Shown piece after piece: positions 63,094 through 64,000 of a DNA stretch of 64,000 nucleotides. Source of the DNA: Octopus bimaculoides. Lineage: Eukaryota. Location: NCBI RefSeq assembly GCF_001194135.2, contig NC_068982.1:16085810-16149809 (forward strand), in the 5' to 3' direction. Every line of letters begins with the position of its first letter. Position 1 is the first letter of the stretch. Both the position numbers and the translations under genes were made by a program. The notes beneath the pieces were generated by a model that was given only the letters and a program-made list of their open reading frames with translations, had not been told where the DNA came from and did no database searches.

Positions 63094-63679
63094 GGATCTT
63101 TTTTAAAACGGGGGCCACATTTTTCATTAATGTTTTACGTAGTGTTTTTGGTACCGAAAGACTTTCAAACTTCGTATAATTATCTATTTTCTGTTATAGA
63201 ACAGAAAGATATTTTTGTATTCGAATTTATTTCATGTAAAAAATTGTCTTATTTCGATAATTTCAACCAATCACTGACAAGTATTCAGTTGTTTACATTT
63301 ACTCCTTTGGCTGATTAAGCCATAGCTTCGTTTTATTTGCTTTTTTCATTTTCTTTTTTTTTTCTTCGTTTTATTTGCTTTTTTCTTTTTAAATTTGATG
63401 TTTTACCCTAACCCTAACCCTAACCCTATCACCGATAGAATTGTTTCAGAATCGTTTGTTTATGTAGTCGGCACTTAATGTATATCGGCTGAATGGACGT
63501 CAGTGATTGGTTGAAATTACAGAAATACGACAACTTTAACATGGAATAACTTAGGGATTTCTTTTTTTTTTAAAGAAGACTAAGAGAAAAAGATGTTTTA
63601 TATGACACATTCTACCAGTGTTCCAAGTTTCAAAGTGTTTCGTTAATGAAAAATGTGGCCCCCGTTTTAAAAAAGATCC
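63094..63679. mobile_element. Young non-autonomous TIR element (GG termini, 8-bp TSD; Merlin-like by structure) with internal (CCCTAA)n
   Basis: Perfect 37-bp TIR ggatcttttttaaaacgggggccacatttttcattaa; exact TSD taagtatg; accctaaccctaaccctaaccctat at 63405-63429. Confidence 0.95.
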
Positions 63680-64000
63680 TAAGTATGTATGTCTGTATGT
63701 ATGTCATTATTCAGTTTTATTTCGATATTTTTGCCAATAGAGAAAGAGCCGGTTTCTAACCTAGATCCAAGGTTCCTTCATTGAAATGTCAACATCAACA
63801 ACAGGGTATTTTTGTAAGTATATATGTATACGTGCAAATTTGTATGTTTTGTTTTATGTATGTATTCTAATGCATATACTTGCATATCTAGGCATGCTGA
63901 TATCTGCTTAAATAATAAACTTCTGGAAAGTGTAACAGATTTTTACAGTTAAAGAGTGTATATGTATGTATGCACGTGTGTATGTATGTATGTACGTATC

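Overview
AT-rich, microsatellite-dense eukaryotic draft-assembly sequence with 7 N-gaps. It is most likely octopus/coleoid cephalopod, inferred from the tRNA-derived SINE families. No intact, recognisable host protein-coding gene was found; nearly all track ORFs are low-complexity, gap-spanning or transposon-derived. The window is a dense transposable-element (TE) graveyard. It holds about 35 SINE copies of at least 4 modular families, R4/Dong-type LINE remnants (RT, CCHC, RLE endonuclease), Tx1/L1-like ORF1 remnants, at least 4 Penelope-like (GIY-YIG) loci, three Helitron PIF1-helicase fragments, Tc1 and mariner fossils, hAT MITEs and GG-terminal TIR MITEs with 8-9 bp TSDs and CCCTAA cores. 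Best leads: (1) a tRNA-like Pol III head 140 nt upstream of an intact minimal hammerhead ribozyme at a Penelope 3' end (4301-4560); (2) an inverted pair of a second hammerhead family (30016-30350), plus further degenerate or gap-truncated cores; (3) a CpG-rich promoter-like island at ~54.4-54.7 kb with candidate exons nearby; (4) an acidic open frame missed by the ATG-based ORF track (20492-20906, minus). All alignments and translations were done by eye, so boundaries without a stated TSD are approximate.
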